Of a stretch of DNA of 64,000 nt, positions 1 to 9,645 are shown piece after piece. The notes beneath the pieces were generated by a model. The model was not told the DNA's origin and searched no databases. It was given only the letters and a program-made list of their open reading frames with translations. A program made the position numbers and the translations under genes. The DNA comes from Acidobacteriota bacterium. Lineage in GTDB: Bacteria; Acidobacteriota; Thermoanaerobaculia; UBA5066; Gp7-AA6. The stretch is from the NCBI GenBank assembly GCA_020199905.1, contig JAIVJS010000071.1, positions 8,668 through 72,667 of the forward strand, read 5' to 3'. Within the stretch, counting starts at the first letter, position 1; every line of letters begins with the position of its first letter.

Positions 1-593
1 AGCGTCTCCCGCGCGGTCACGCTGACCCGCTGGGCCTCTCCGCTCCGGCACTCCGGGTGAACGAACCCCGGGCGGCTCTCGTCGAACAGGAGAGGACCCG
101 CGACGGCGAGGGGAGCGCCGCAGACCGCGCATTCCGCCGGGCTCGGAAACAGACCGGACAGCTTCAGGATCCAGACGTCGAAATACGCGGCGGCGAGGTC
201 GGCGGGCGCTCCCGCGAAGAGCCCGTCGAGCGCGTGACGCGCCAGCCGGTAGAAGGGCTCGGCGGGCTCGGAGTCCGACACGAAGGTCTGGAGCGACTCG
301 GCGAACGCGGAGAGAAGCAGCCCCCGGTCGAGGTCCTTCGCGATCGGGAAGGAGGAGCGGATCACGTCGGCGGAGTTCAACGAGACGAGCTCGCGGCCCT
401 CCTTCTCGAAATAGAGGACCCGCGCCTCCGTCATCGGCTCGAGGGCGCCGGAAAACGCGCTCTTCGGCCCCCTCGACCCGCGCGCCACCCCTCGCTTCTT
501 TCCGGCGTCGCGCGTCAGAAAGACCACGATGCGATCGCGTTCCCGAAGGGGGTAGGTTCCGAGGATGAACGCGTCCGACGCGTGGTGGTGCAC
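1..593 (-). CDS. recO: DNA repair protein RecO, partial (N-terminal ~195 aa; C-terminus beyond window start)
   Basis: Reverse-strand translation from a GTG near 593 reads '...ILGTYPFRERDRIVVFLTRDAGKKRGVARG...KLSGLFPSPAECAVCG...', the RecO OB-fold N-terminus plus Cys zinc-finger region. The listed + ORF 57..638 is its antisense artefact. Confidence 0.6.
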   Translation of the reverse strand, partial: MHHHASDAFILGTYPLRERDRIVVFLTRDAGKKRGVARGSRGPKSAFSGALEPMTEARVLYFEKEGRELVSLNSADVIRSSFPIAKDLDRGLLLSAFAESLQTFVSDSEPAEPFYRLARHALDGLFAGAPADLAAAYFDVWILKLSGLFPSPAECAVCGAPLAVAGPLLFDESRPGFVHPECRSGEAQRVSVTARET

Positions 594-657
594 GAGGCGG
601 ATTATGATGTGAGATCCGCCGCCGCGTTTTCCGAATAAAAGAAGGCAGACTGGCTCA

Positions 658-1872
658 ATGGACATAGAATCATCAGGCAAAGCCCGCCAGGGGAGGCTTC
701 CTTCGTCGGTCGTGGCGCTGGGCTGGGTCTCGCTTCTCACCGACTTCGCGTCGGACATGATTTACCCGCTTCTGCCGGATTTCCTGACCCGCACCCTGGG
801 AGCCGGGCCGGCCACGCTCGGCCTGATCGAGGGCACCGCGGAAGCCACCGCCTCGGTCACGAAAATGGCGTCCGGCTGGTGGACGGACCGGAGCGGCCGG
901 AGGAAACCGCTCGTCGTGGCCGGATACACGCTCGCCGGAGTCGTGCGTCCTCTCGTCGGCTTCGCGACGAGCTGGGCGCAGGTCTTCGCGATCCGATTCG
1001 CGGACCGCGTGGGGAAAGGGATCCGGACGGCTCCGCGCGATGCGCTGCTCGCCGACCTCGTCCCTCCGGAGCGGCGCGGGCGCGCGTTCGGGCTCCAGCG
1101 CGCTATGGACAACGCGGGCGCCGTCATCGGACCGCTCGTCGCCGCCCTCCTCCTGAAGACGATCGCCCCGGACGAGCGGACCGTGTTTCTTCTCGCCCTC
1201 GTGCCGGGAGTGGTTGGCGTCGCCCTTCTCATCTGGAAGGTGCGCGAGGCGCCAGCCGCGTCGCCCGCTCGGCCCGCGACGACGGGCGCTCCGGCAGCGG
1301 AGCGGCTTCCGCGCGGCTTCCGGGTGGCGACCGCGATCTTCGTCCTGTTCACTCTCGCCAACTCGACGGACGCCTTCCTTCTGCTCCGCGCCCGCGACTC
1401 GGGCGTCGAGCTCTGGCAGATTCCCCTTCTCTGGGCGTTCTTCCACGCCGTGAAGGCCGCCGCCGGGGTGCCGGGAGGGATCCTGGCGGACCGGATCGGA
1501 CGGGTCCCGTGCGTGGCGATCGGATGGGCCGTGTACGCACTCTCGTACGCCGGGTTCGCGTGGGTCGCCGGGCCGCGAACGCTCTGGGCGCTCTTTGCGG
1601 TCTATGCGCTCTTCTTCGCGCTGACCGAGGGCGCCGAGCGCGCTCTGGTCGCCGATCTCGTCGGCGAGAAGCTCCGCGGCCGCGCCTACGGGATCTTCCA
1701 CGGGGCAATCGGGGCGGCGGCGCTGCCGTCCTCGATCCTGTTCGGGATCTGGTGGAAGGTCTTCGGACCGCGCACGGCGTTCTTGATCGGCGCCGCCCTG
1801 GCCGCGGCCGCGTGCGGCGCCCTCCTCGCCGCGCGAGCCATTCTGGCGCCGCCGCAGGAGTCTTCGCCCTGA
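658..1872 (+). CDS. MFS transporter
   Basis: 404-aa polytopic protein with MFS-like motifs ('...DRSGRRKPLVVAGY...', 12 predicted TM). Confidence 0.85.
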   Translation: MDIESSGKARQGRLPSSVVALGWVSLLTDFASDMIYPLLPDFLTRTLGAGPATLGLIEGTAEATASVTKMASGWWTDRSGRRKPLVVAGYTLAGVVRPLVGFATSWAQVFAIRFADRVGKGIRTAPRDALLADLVPPERRGRAFGLQRAMDNAGAVIGPLVAALLLKTIAPDERTVFLLALVPGVVGVALLIWKVREAPAASPARPATTGAPAAERLPRGFRVATAIFVLFTLANSTDAFLLLRARDSGVELWQIPLLWAFFHAVKAAAGVPGGILADRIGRVPCVAIGWAVYALSYAGFAWVAGPRTLWALFAVYALFFALTEGAERALVADLVGEKLRGRAYGIFHGAIGAAALPSSILFGIWWKVFGPRTAFLIGAALAAAACGALLAARAILAPPQESSP

Positions 1873-1943
1873 ACGCAGAAGAGCGTCCGGCGCCATGACT
1901 GACAACGGGGGCCTGAAAACTGACAGCTGATAACCTTTCACTC

Positions 1944-2168
1944 ATGGGTCCGGTCTGGCGCCTCGTCAAGGGTGAGAAGGACATGTGTCATCGGTGCGGG
2001 AAGGAGATCGTCGACTTCCCCGCCGTCGGCCGGGTCGTCGACTGGACCTTCCACCCTCAGGAAAAGTACTGCTGGGAGTGTTACCGGTACGTGGCGCCCT
2101 TCGTGGACGAGATCTCCCCTCAGTCGGAGACGCCGTTCCAGCCCGTCACCAAACCGGCCATCCCGTGA
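1944..2168 (+). CDS. small Zn-ribbon protein (CxxC-x24-CxxC)
   Basis: 74-aa ORF with four Cys in two CxxC pairs. Its stop overlaps the GTG start of the downstream radical-SAM gene (GTGA). Confidence 0.45.
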   Translation: MGPVWRLVKGEKDMCHRCGKEIVDFPAVGRVVDWTFHPQEKYCWECYRYVAPFVDEISPQSETPFQPVTKPAIP

Positions 2169-3310
2169 GCGGCCTCGAGTCCTTCCGCGGGTCCGATCTC
2201 GCTCCGATCGCTCGCAAGGTCTTCGGAGGAGAACGGCTCTCCTTCGACGACGGGGTCGCCCTCTTCTCGACCCGGGATTTCCTCGGGCTCGGGCGTCTGG
2301 CGAATCACGTCCGGGAAGAGCGTCACGGAAACGTCGCCTACTACAACGTCAACCGCTACCTGAACCCGACGAACCTCTGCTGGGTCGACTGCGCCCTGTG
2401 CGCCTGGGCGAAGAAGGTCAACGAGCCCGGCGGCTACGAGATGGGGATCGCCGAGGTCGTCGAGGAGGCCGGCAAGGGGTACTCGGAGGCCGTGACGGAA
2501 TTTCACATCGTCGGAGGGCTCCACCCGACCTGGCCGTTCGAGTACTACACCGGCCTGATGCGGGCCCTGAAAGAGCGCTACCCCGCCGTCCACCTGAAAG
2601 CGTGGACCATGGTCGAGCTCGACTGGATCGCGCGGATCGGAAGGAAATCGATTCCGGAGACGATCCGGGAGCTCAAGGCCGCGGGAATGGACTCGTGCCC
2701 GGGCGGCGGCGCGGAGATCTTCGAGAAGCGCGTGCGCGACGTGATCTGCGCGAACAAGATCACCGGCGAGGAGTGGCTGTCCATCGCGCGCGAGTGCCAC
2801 CTCCAGGGCGTGCGGACCAACGCGACGATGCTTTACGGGAGCGTCGAGACCGCGGAGGACCGCGTCGATCACCTGCTCCGCCTCCGGACGCTCCAGGACG
2901 AGACCGGAGGATTCACGGGCCTGATCCCGCTCGCCTTCCATCCCGAGAACACCCCTCTGGCGCACCTGCCCGAGACGTCCGGGCAGCTCGACCTCCGTGT
3001 GATCGCCGCATCGCGTCTGCTCTTCGACAACGTCCCGCACGTGAAGGCGTACTGGATCCAGATCGGAACGAAGCTCGCGCAGATCGCCCTCTTCTTCGGC
3101 GCGGACGATCTCGTTGGAACCGTCGTGGACGAGACGATCACGCATGCGGCCGGGGCGACGACGGCGTCGGGAATGACGCGCGCGGATTTCGAGCGGGTGA
3201 TCCGGGAGTCCGGCCGCGAGCCCTTCGAGCGGGACTCGACCTACCGCCGGGTCGTTCGCGAGACCGCCGCCCCCGCCCCCGTCGCCCCCGCTGAGCACGT
3301 GCTGGCCTAG
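2166..3310 (+). CDS. radical SAM menaquinone (futalosine pathway) enzyme, MqnC/MqnE family
   Basis: CxxxCxxC radical-SAM motif ('CWVDCALCAW') and full-length similarity to the cyclic dehypoxanthine-futalosine / aminofutalosine synthase family. GTG start overlaps the upstream stop. Confidence 0.8.
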
Positions 3311-3460
3311 GCCCGCGTTCTTCGATTTCGCGCTCCGGAAGATTGAGGGTACCCGGCGCTCATTTAACGGACGAACGCCCGGGATGCCTTCACGAAAAAC
3401 TGGCGCCCGCGGCGCTCGAGGCCCCCGGTAGGAGTCGGAACGAAACCCGGATCGTGTACC

Positions 3461-4408
3461 GTGAAGACCGTGGACCGCGGACGTCAAACCCGCCGAGGGA
3501 AGATCCTCCGTTCGCTGCCGGGGCTGGCGGCCCTCGCGCTCGCCTTCGGATGCTTCACGCACCGTTACCGGGACAACCCGAGAGTCGCCGTCGTGGCGGG
3601 AGATCCGCTCGTTCAGATGGCCCCGGCCGCCGACTTCAAGAGCGTGGACCGCGCGACGATGGTGCCGCTCGCGCGCCACACCCGAACTCCGCATAAAGAG
3701 GATCTCGTCCTCGGGATCGCCCTCTCGGGCGGCGCCCGGGCGTATCCCCTGGGGCTCCTCGATCGCTTCGAGATCGTCAACGACGAGATGGGAGACTCCT
3801 CCTACGTCGTCGTGCGCTGCGCTCTGACGGGAGTCGCGGCCGTGTGGAATCGCCGGCTTCGCGGTCGCACCCTCCTCTTCGAGAGCACCGGCGCCCTGTG
3901 GCGGGACACGCTCGTCTTTCGGGACCGAGAGACGGCGACGTACTGGTCGGCGGCGACCGGCGTCGCTCTCTCGGGACCCCTCGCGGGCGAGCGGCTTTCC
4001 GGGATCGCCGGGGTGGTGACGCGTGGCGGCCGATGGGGTGAAGCGCATCCGGAGTCGCTGTATCTCGATCTCGGAGAAAAGACCACGGCCCCGCTCCTGA
4101 TGAAGATCTATCGCCTCTCGGCGATGCAGGGCGTCTCGGGAGAGAAGACGTCCGACCGCCGGCACAAGCCGAAGGAGGAGATGCTCGTGCTGGCATCCGG
4201 CGACGAAGCCCTCGCGTTCACGCCCCGGCAGATCGAGCGCCGCGAGCGCGTCGACACCGAGATCGGCGGGGAGCGCGTCACGATCGAGTGGGAGCCGGAG
4301 CTCGCGGCGCCCCGGGCGTGCGCCTCCGACGGCAACGAGCGCCCGCTGTTTCCGATGTTCTGGTTTGCCCTCGACCGCCACTTCGCCACGGTCCGCACGC
4401 TGGACTGA
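3461..4408 (+). CDS. DUF3179-family lipoprotein
   Basis: Signal peptide with lipobox ('LALAFGC'). Central region has DUF3179-like motifs ('YWSAATGVALSGPLAGERL'). Confidence 0.6.
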   Translation: MKTVDRGRQTRRGKILRSLPGLAALALAFGCFTHRYRDNPRVAVVAGDPLVQMAPAADFKSVDRATMVPLARHTRTPHKEDLVLGIALSGGARAYPLGLLDRFEIVNDEMGDSSYVVVRCALTGVAAVWNRRLRGRTLLFESTGALWRDTLVFRDRETATYWSAATGVALSGPLAGERLSGIAGVVTRGGRWGEAHPESLYLDLGEKTTAPLLMKIYRLSAMQGVSGEKTSDRRHKPKEEMLVLASGDEALAFTPRQIERRERVDTEIGGERVTIEWEPELAAPRACASDGNERPLFPMFWFALDRHFATVRTLD

Positions 4409-4470
4409 ATTCGAAGCATCGGTCGAATCGACGATCCACTCGAGGGAGAGCCTCAGGACGCTTTCCCGCC

Positions 4471-4492
4471 TCTCCCCGCGCGCCGGGGAGAC
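4471..4492. terminator. GC-rich hairpin between convergent genes (candidate bidirectional terminator)
   Basis: 'tctccccg cgcg ccggggaga' 8-bp stem between the 3' ends of 3461..4408(+) and 4548..5183(-). Confidence 0.35.
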
Positions 4493-4547
4493 GGCCGGGG
4501 TGAGGGGCACCACTGACTTCAAATGAGATGCCGAGGAGAAGGCTCGC

Positions 4548-5183
4548 TTACGGCGTCCCCGCCGCGGCGTCGGCTTCGGCGGTGACGGCATCCAGAGCCG
4601 CCGCGATACGGGCGGCCGCTTCCTCGTCCGAGAGCTCGCGGGGGATCGGGAACGGATCTCCGTAGGCGACGACGTTGCGGGACAGAGGCAGGGGCAGCAG
4701 ATACCGGTCCCACGACGAAAGAAACCTGGGACGGGAGCTGGAGAAGGAGATCGGGAGAATCCAGGCGCCCGTCAGCCGCGCCAGCGCGACGGCTCCCGGC
4801 TGGACGACCCGCGCGGGGCCGCGGGGGCCGTCCACCGTCAGGGCGGCGTGTCGCCCGCGCCGAACCTCGCGGACCATTTCCCGAAGCGCGGCCCCGCCGG
4901 CCCTCGACGACGACCCTCGCGCCACCCGGTAGCCGTTTCGCTCGAGCCAGAGCGCGATGATCTCCCCGTCCTTCGACCGCGAGGCCATCGTGACGATGTC
5001 CTCGTTGCGGTGGGCCTGGATCGACAGGAACATGCGGCCATGCCAGAGAGCGAACAGAATCGGGACCCCGCGCTCCTGGAGGGACAGATAACGGTCGCGC
5101 CGCAGGAACTCGACCGAAAGGGTTCCGCGATACGCCCGGACCGCCGCGCCGAGCAGCCGCGACAGCGCCGGCGCGGACGTCAT
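4548..5183 (-). CDS. DUF374 / lysophospholipid acyltransferase-like protein
   Basis: 211 aa with the 'LFALWHGRM' and 'LTVDGPRGP' motifs typical of DUF374. Confidence 0.65.
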   Translation of the reverse strand: MTSAPALSRLLGAAVRAYRGTLSVEFLRRDRYLSLQERGVPILFALWHGRMFLSIQAHRNEDIVTMASRSKDGEIIALWLERNGYRVARGSSSRAGGAALREMVREVRRGRHAALTVDGPRGPARVVQPGAVALARLTGAWILPISFSSSRPRFLSSWDRYLLPLPLSRNVVAYGDPFPIPRELSDEEAAARIAAALDAVTAEADAAAGTP

Positions 5184-5225
5184 GGCCGTTGCGGCGATCT
5201 CATCGGCCCGGTTCCGGGCGCGCGG

Positions 5226-6092
5226 TCACGGCCTGCGGGCCGGAGCGGGGGCGGCGAACCTCGCCGCGACCCTGGCGAACACCCGCGGAATCACGTCCGG
5301 AACCGTCTTGACGCCTTTCGTGAAGACGGCCACGACGAAGTCCCCCCCGTCCGGAAGCACGATCCGCGCAACGAGGTGGTGGACGTCATAGGCGTCTCCG
5401 GACTTGGCCCACACGCGCGTTCCGGGCGGCAGTCCGTGCCCGGCGAGCCGCGCGTCTTCGAGCTCTCCGTCCTCGAGAGGTTTCTCCGACGTCACCTCGC
5501 GAGACAGAAGCCCCAGCATCTCCGCCGTGCCCGCCGGCCCCGCGATCTCGCCCCGAGCGATTGCCGCGAAGAGACGCGCCACGGCGTCCGGCGTCATCCG
5601 GTTGCGATTGCGCCCGCCGTCCCGGAACGCCTGCTCCCGTCCGTAGGCGTCCTCACAGAACGTCTTCTGATTCGCGTTCAAGTCCCGGTACCCGCGCTTC
5701 TCAAAGTACCGGTTGACGGCGTTGCGCTTCTCTTTCCAGCTCTCCCATTCGGGCCCGGTGATCTCGGGTCCGGAAGTCGTGCCGGTGATGGAGTCGACGA
5801 CGAAGCCGGTCGCGTCGTTGGAGGAGACGCGGATCATGTCGCGAACCGCCCGCGCGCGGCGGCGAGCGAGCACGATCCGGGTAACGAGGCCGCCGACGAC
5901 CGCAAAGGGGGCGCAGACCATGAAGAGGATGGAGTAATAGAAGCCGTTCGGGAGAGACGCCGTGCCACCGGCGTAGTCCGTGTCCGCCTTCGCGTCCCGG
6001 CAGAGAGGACAGGCGCCCGCGGCCGCGGGAACGAGCGACACCAGCAGCACGAGGAGGGCGAGCACTACGCCGAATCGAGCCAGCGGCTTCAC
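5226..6092 (-). CDS. membrane-anchored serine-hydrolase-like protein (class A beta-lactamase-like C-terminal KSG box)
   Basis: C-terminal 'KSGDAYDVHHLVARIVLPDGGDFVVAVFTKG' parallels the KTG/KSG box of class A beta-lactamases. N-terminal region has two TM segments and a CPLC motif. Start uncertain (ORF track 6158; a later GTG avoids overlap with DUF420). Confidence 0.4.
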   Translation of the reverse strand: MKPLARFGVVLALLVLLVSLVPAAAGACPLCRDAKADTDYAGGTASLPNGFYYSILFMVCAPFAVVGGLVTRIVLARRRARAVRDMIRVSSNDATGFVVDSITGTTSGPEITGPEWESWKEKRNAVNRYFEKRGYRDLNANQKTFCEDAYGREQAFRDGGRNRNRMTPDAVARLFAAIARGEIAGPAGTAEMLGLLSREVTSEKPLEDGELEDARLAGHGLPPGTRVWAKSGDAYDVHHLVARIVLPDGGDFVVAVFTKGVKTVPDVIPRVFARVAARFAAPAPARRP

Positions 6093-6102
6093 GCGGAAAA
6101 TC

Positions 6103-6543
6103 CTATCGGATCGCTCCCGGCGGGTAAAGGCGATAAAGCATCCAGTACACGACGACACCGGTCACTGACACGTAAGTCCACAGCGGAAGGGTCCAGCGCG
6201 CGATCCGGCGGTGGCGGTCGTCTCTCCGGCGAAGGCCGAGGTAGAGGGTGCGCAGAACCAGCGGAACGATGACCACCGCCAGGACGGTGTGCGTGAGCAG
6301 AATGGCGAAATAGACGGTCCGGACGGCCCCCTGGCCCGTAAATCGAACCGACCCCACGCGTGCGTGGTATGCGAGGTAGGAGGCCAGGAACACGGTGGAG
6401 GTCACGGCGGCGGCCAGCATCCATCGCCGGTGCGTCTCGATTCGGCCCCCGCGGACGGCCACATAGCCGAGAAGCAGGAAGAGGGCGCTGGCCGCGTTCA
6501 ACGCGGCGTTCCACGCGGGCACGTCGATCAGGCCGAAGCTCAA
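6103..6543 (-). CDS. DUF420 membrane protein (cytochrome-oxidase-associated)
   Basis: 146 aa, 4 TM. DUF420 proteins are commonly encoded next to cox/cta genes. Confidence 0.65.
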   Translation of the reverse strand: MSFGLIDVPAWNAALNAASALFLLLGYVAVRGGRIETHRRWMLAAAVTSTVFLASYLAYHARVGSVRFTGQGAVRTVYFAILLTHTVLAVVIVPLVLRTLYLGLRRRDDRHRRIARWTLPLWTYVSVTGVVVYWMLYRLYPPGAIR

Positions 6544-6598
6544 CGACGCGCGCCAGGTTCTTCGGATCGGCGAGGCCCGGACCGCGGCTCCCCGTGTC

Positions 6599-7238
6599 TC
6601 AAAAAAGATAGATGATCGTGAAGAGGACGATCCAGACCAGGTCGACGAAGTGCCAGTACAGGCCGACGGTCTCGATCCCCTGGTGGTAGGCCTGCGTGTA
6701 CTTCCCGAGCAGCGCCTTTCCCGTCACGAACGCCATGCAGATCACCCCGCACAGCACGTGGAATCCGTGGAAACCCGTGGTCGTGAAGAAGATGGAGCCG
6801 AAGAGGCTGACGTGCGGATTGAACCCTTCGTGCAGAAGCTTCCAGTACTCGACGCCCTGGATGCACAGGAAGAACGCGCCGAAGAGGACCGTCAGGCAGA
6901 GAAACAGCTTCATCTTCCGGTAGTCGGCACGCTGCACGGCGGCGAGCGCCTGCACCATCGTCACGGACGAGCAGATCAGCACGAACGTGTTGAACGCGGT
7001 CAGCGGGATGTTCAGCACCGTCCCTGGAACCGGCCAGAGCGGCGTCGCGAACCGAAGGACGATGTAGGAGCCGATCAACCCCGTGAAGAACATCACCTCG
7101 GAGCAGAGGAAGACCCACATCCCCATCTTGTCGTGGCGGATGCCGGTCGTCGTGTACTCCTCCTCGAGGTGGCCGGTCCCGTGCCCGGCGACGTGGCTCG
7201 GGCCACCTGCGGCGGAAAGCGCTACGGCGTGTTCCATG
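6599..7238 (-). CDS. coxC: cytochrome c oxidase subunit III
   Basis: 'MEHAVALS...GMWVFLCSEVMFFTGLIGSYIVLRF...HFVDLVWIVLF' is the canonical subunit III. ATG at about 7238; upstream part of the track ORF is non-coding. Confidence 0.9.
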
Positions 7239-7254
7239 GGTTCCTTTCTCGGCT

Positions 7255-7335
7255 CGATTCCCGGTCTGGTTGACCGCGGCGTACCGCGGCCGTCTCGCTC
7301 CCGTTGGTCGATCGACTCCCGTTTCCCGATCCTCA
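7255..7335 (+). repeat. dispersed ~80-bp intergenic repeat, copy A (core 'gttgaccgcggNgtaccgcggccgtctcgctcccgttggtcg')
   Basis: Near-identical to copies at 18850-18960, 41900-42010, 58690-58800 and (inverted) 52190-52262. Confidence 0.8.
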
Positions 7336-7650
7336 GGGTCTCGGCAGAAAGTGCTCCGCCATTCCGACGGACACGAGGATGGCTCCCAGAATCAGAGTCG
7401 AAGCGAAGATGATTCCGAGCGTCTTGCGCTCGAAGCGCAGGTGCATGAAGTAGAGAGCAACCAGAACCGCCTTGATGCCCGCGAGAATCACGAGCCCGCT
7501 GATCAGGAGGGCCTTCGGCGGCGTGAGGATCGTCGAATAGGCGACCTCGAAAACGGTGAAGCCGGCGAGCCACCAGAAGATGGTCATGTAGTTGGGGCCC
7601 TTATGGGCGCCGGCGTCGTGAAGGGGTTCGGCTTCGGGCTGTTCTTTCAT
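7333..7650 (-). CDS. cytochrome c oxidase subunit IV (small, 3-TM, aa3-type)
   Basis: 105 aa, hydrophobic, located between ctaB and coxC. Confidence 0.6.
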   Translation of the reverse strand: MKEQPEAEPLHDAGAHKGPNYMTIFWWLAGFTVFEVAYSTILTPPKALLISGLVILAGIKAVLVALYFMHLRFERKTLGIIFASTLILGAILVSVGMAEHFLPRP

Positions 7651-7663
7651 CAGGTTTCCTTCC

Positions 7664-7774
7664 TCAGGGGCGCGGGGCCCGCGACAGGATGAAGAGGACC
7701 GACCCGAAAAACAAGACTCCCGCGACCAGGATCAGAAAAAGCAGCGTCCGGCTCTTCCGCAGGGATTCCGACAT
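7664..7774 (-). CDS. small single-TM peptide (~36 aa) between ctaB and oxidase subunit IV
   Basis: 'MSESLRKSRTLLFLILVAGVLFFGSVLFILSRAPRP'. It fills the 7651-7779 gap and sits on the operon strand. Confidence 0.3.
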   Translation of the reverse strand: MSESLRKSRTLLFLILVAGVLFFGSVLFILSRAPRP

Positions 7775-7779
7775 CGCGA

Positions 7780-8661
7780 TCACCGGTCGAAGACCATCAG
7801 GCCGAGGAGGAGCGGCAGGTAGAGGATGGAAACCAGGAAGAGCCCCCGGGCGGCCGTGACGGAGCGAGCCCAGGCAAATCTCGCGGAACAGCCGAGAAAG
7901 ACGAGACCCAGGAGGAGGGCGCCCCAGAGGTAGAACCGCCCGGCGGAGACGAACGCGCCGGCGAACAGAGTCACCGGCAACAGGGCCGCCGAATACAGGA
8001 CCATCTGCCGCCCCGTCGACGAGCCGTCCTGGTCCGTGACGGTCAGCATCGGAAAGCCGCCGCGCGCATAGTCGTCGCGGAACATCCATCCGATCGCGAG
8101 GAAGTGCGGGAGCTGCCAGAAGAACAGGATCGCAAAGAGCCCCCACGCGCCGGCGTCGAGAGTCCCGCGGCTGGCCGCCCACCCCATCATCGGGGGCAGG
8201 GCGCCCGGAATGGCGCCCACCACCGTGCAGAGCGACGACACGCGCTTCATCGGGGTGTACACGAGAACGTAGCTTCCGAGAGCCGCGAGGCCCAGCCACG
8301 CCGAGAGCGGCTCCGCCGCAAAGAGCAGGGCGAGGCCGCCCCCGCAGAGAATCAGGCCGAAGGCGCGCGCGTCCTCCGCGGCGATGCGCCCCGCTGGAAC
8401 GGGGCGCTGGCGCGTCCGCTCCATGAGGGCGTCCGTAGCGCGCTCTCGATACTGGTTGAGCGCCGACGCTCCGCCGGAGACCAGCGCGGTCCCGGCGACG
8501 AGGGCGAAAAAGACGGCTGCGTCGAAGTGCCCGGGGCCAACGGCGTACCCGACGGCCGCCGTGATCACGACGAGAAACGTGATCCTCGGCTTGGCGAGCT
8601 CCAGGTAGTCGTTCGCGCGGGCGGGCGCGGCCGCGAGCGCCGCTCCGGGAACTACTTCCAT
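7780..8661 (-). CDS. ctaB: protoheme IX farnesyltransferase (heme O synthase)
   Basis: UbiA-family motifs ('NQYRERATDALMERTRQRPVPAGRI', 'YTPMKR'). Start 'MEVVPG' at about 8661 overlaps the ctaA stop. Confidence 0.9.
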   Translation of the reverse strand: MEVVPGAALAAAPARANDYLELAKPRITFLVVITAAVGYAVGPGHFDAAVFFALVAGTALVSGGASALNQYRERATDALMERTRQRPVPAGRIAAEDARAFGLILCGGGLALLFAAEPLSAWLGLAALGSYVLVYTPMKRVSSLCTVVGAIPGALPPMMGWAASRGTLDAGAWGLFAILFFWQLPHFLAIGWMFRDDYARGGFPMLTVTDQDGSSTGRQMVLYSAALLPVTLFAGAFVSAGRFYLWGALLLGLVFLGCSARFAWARSVTAARGLFLVSILYLPLLLGLMVFDR

Positions 8662-9644
8662 GCCATCGCTCCGCGGGGCGGCGGGACGGCTTCGGCCGCG
8701 CCGCGGCCTCCGGCGCGCGCCAGCGGGATCCTCCGCGCGCCGAGCGTCAGGGCGAGCGCGGTCGCCAGCAGGAGGGCGCCGGTGGCGACGTGTGCCGTGG
8801 CGATCGGAACGGCCTTCCGGGTCAGGACCGTCGCGCCGCCGAGGAGGATCTGCACGACGACGAGCAAAGCAAGACCGACGCCGGTTCGGGCCAGCCCGGG
8901 GCGGCGGGACCGCACCGCGGCGACGAGGCACGCGATCACCATTCCCGCGACCACGACCGCCCACACCCGGTGCGCGTAGTGGATCGCGACGGCGAAGGAG
9001 GTGATGTCAGGCACCACGCGGCCGAAGGCGAGCGGAAAGTCCGGAATGGCGAGCCCCGCCTTGTCATGGCGCATTACGGCGCCGATCAGGAGCTGCAGGA
9101 AGATGGCCGCGACGGCGGCCGCGCCGATGCGGGAGACGGCCGACGCTTCTGCGATCCCGCCGTCGCGCCACCGGGGCGAGGTCGCGAGCGCCAGGGTGAC
9201 CACGAGGCAGAAGAAGGTCTGGGCGAGACAGGCGTGCGCTACGGAGATCGCCGTCGGCAGGAGGAAGAGAACGGTCAGGCCGCCGAGGACGCCCTGCGCG
9301 ACGACGGCCGCCAGAGCCGCGTATCCGAGCCTCCGAACCCACGCCCGGGGCTCGCGCCGGGCGAGCCAGATTGCCAGCAGGACCGTCAGCAGTCCGACGG
9401 TCGTGGCGATCATCCGGTGGCCGTGCTCGTAGAAGATGCCTCCGACCATCGGCGGCATGAGCCTTCCGTACGAAAGGGGCCAGTCGGGGACGGAAAGGCC
9501 CGACTCGGTCGAGGTGACGAGCCCTCCCGCGACGATCAGCAGGAGCGTCGCGCAGGCCGTGAAGACGGCGAAGCGGTGCAGGCCGGCATTCTCCCCCGCG
9601 GCGCGGCCCGCGTCCCGCTTTCCGAATCCCCGCCGCGCCGCCAC
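8652..9644 (-). CDS. ctaA: heme A synthase (COX15/CtaA)
   Basis: 330 aa, 8 TM, with conserved His pairs ('FYEHGHRM', 'AIHYAHRV'). Confidence 0.85.
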   Translation of the reverse strand: MAARRGFGKRDAGRAAGENAGLHRFAVFTACATLLLIVAGGLVTSTESGLSVPDWPLSYGRLMPPMVGGIFYEHGHRMIATTVGLLTVLLAIWLARREPRAWVRRLGYAALAAVVAQGVLGGLTVLFLLPTAISVAHACLAQTFFCLVVTLALATSPRWRDGGIAEASAVSRIGAAAVAAIFLQLLIGAVMRHDKAGLAIPDFPLAFGRVVPDITSFAVAIHYAHRVWAVVVAGMVIACLVAAVRSRRPGLARTGVGLALLVVVQILLGGATVLTRKAVPIATAHVATGALLLATALALTLGARRIPLARAGGRGAAEAVPPPRGAMAWK

Positions 9645-9645
9645 G

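Noticed and set aside
57-638. 193-aa + strand ORF
   Set aside because: Antisense to the RecO-like gene. Arg/Glu-rich composition typical of wrong-strand ORFs in high-GC DNA.
673-1984. Several long overlapping ORFs (673..1941 -, 879..1898 +, 1349..1984 -) over the MFS transporter
   Set aside because: Arg/Pro/Gly-rich out-of-frame or antisense artefacts. The MFS reading frame is the only one with a protein-like sequence.
2120-4591. 823-aa minus-strand ORF spanning the mqn gene and DUF3179 gene
   Set aside because: Antisense high-GC artefact crossing two well-supported + strand genes and an intergenic region.
6645-6665. TGGCAC motif on the minus strand (possible sigma-54 -24 box)
   Set aside because: Lies inside coxC coding sequence and lacks a correctly spaced GC -12 element.
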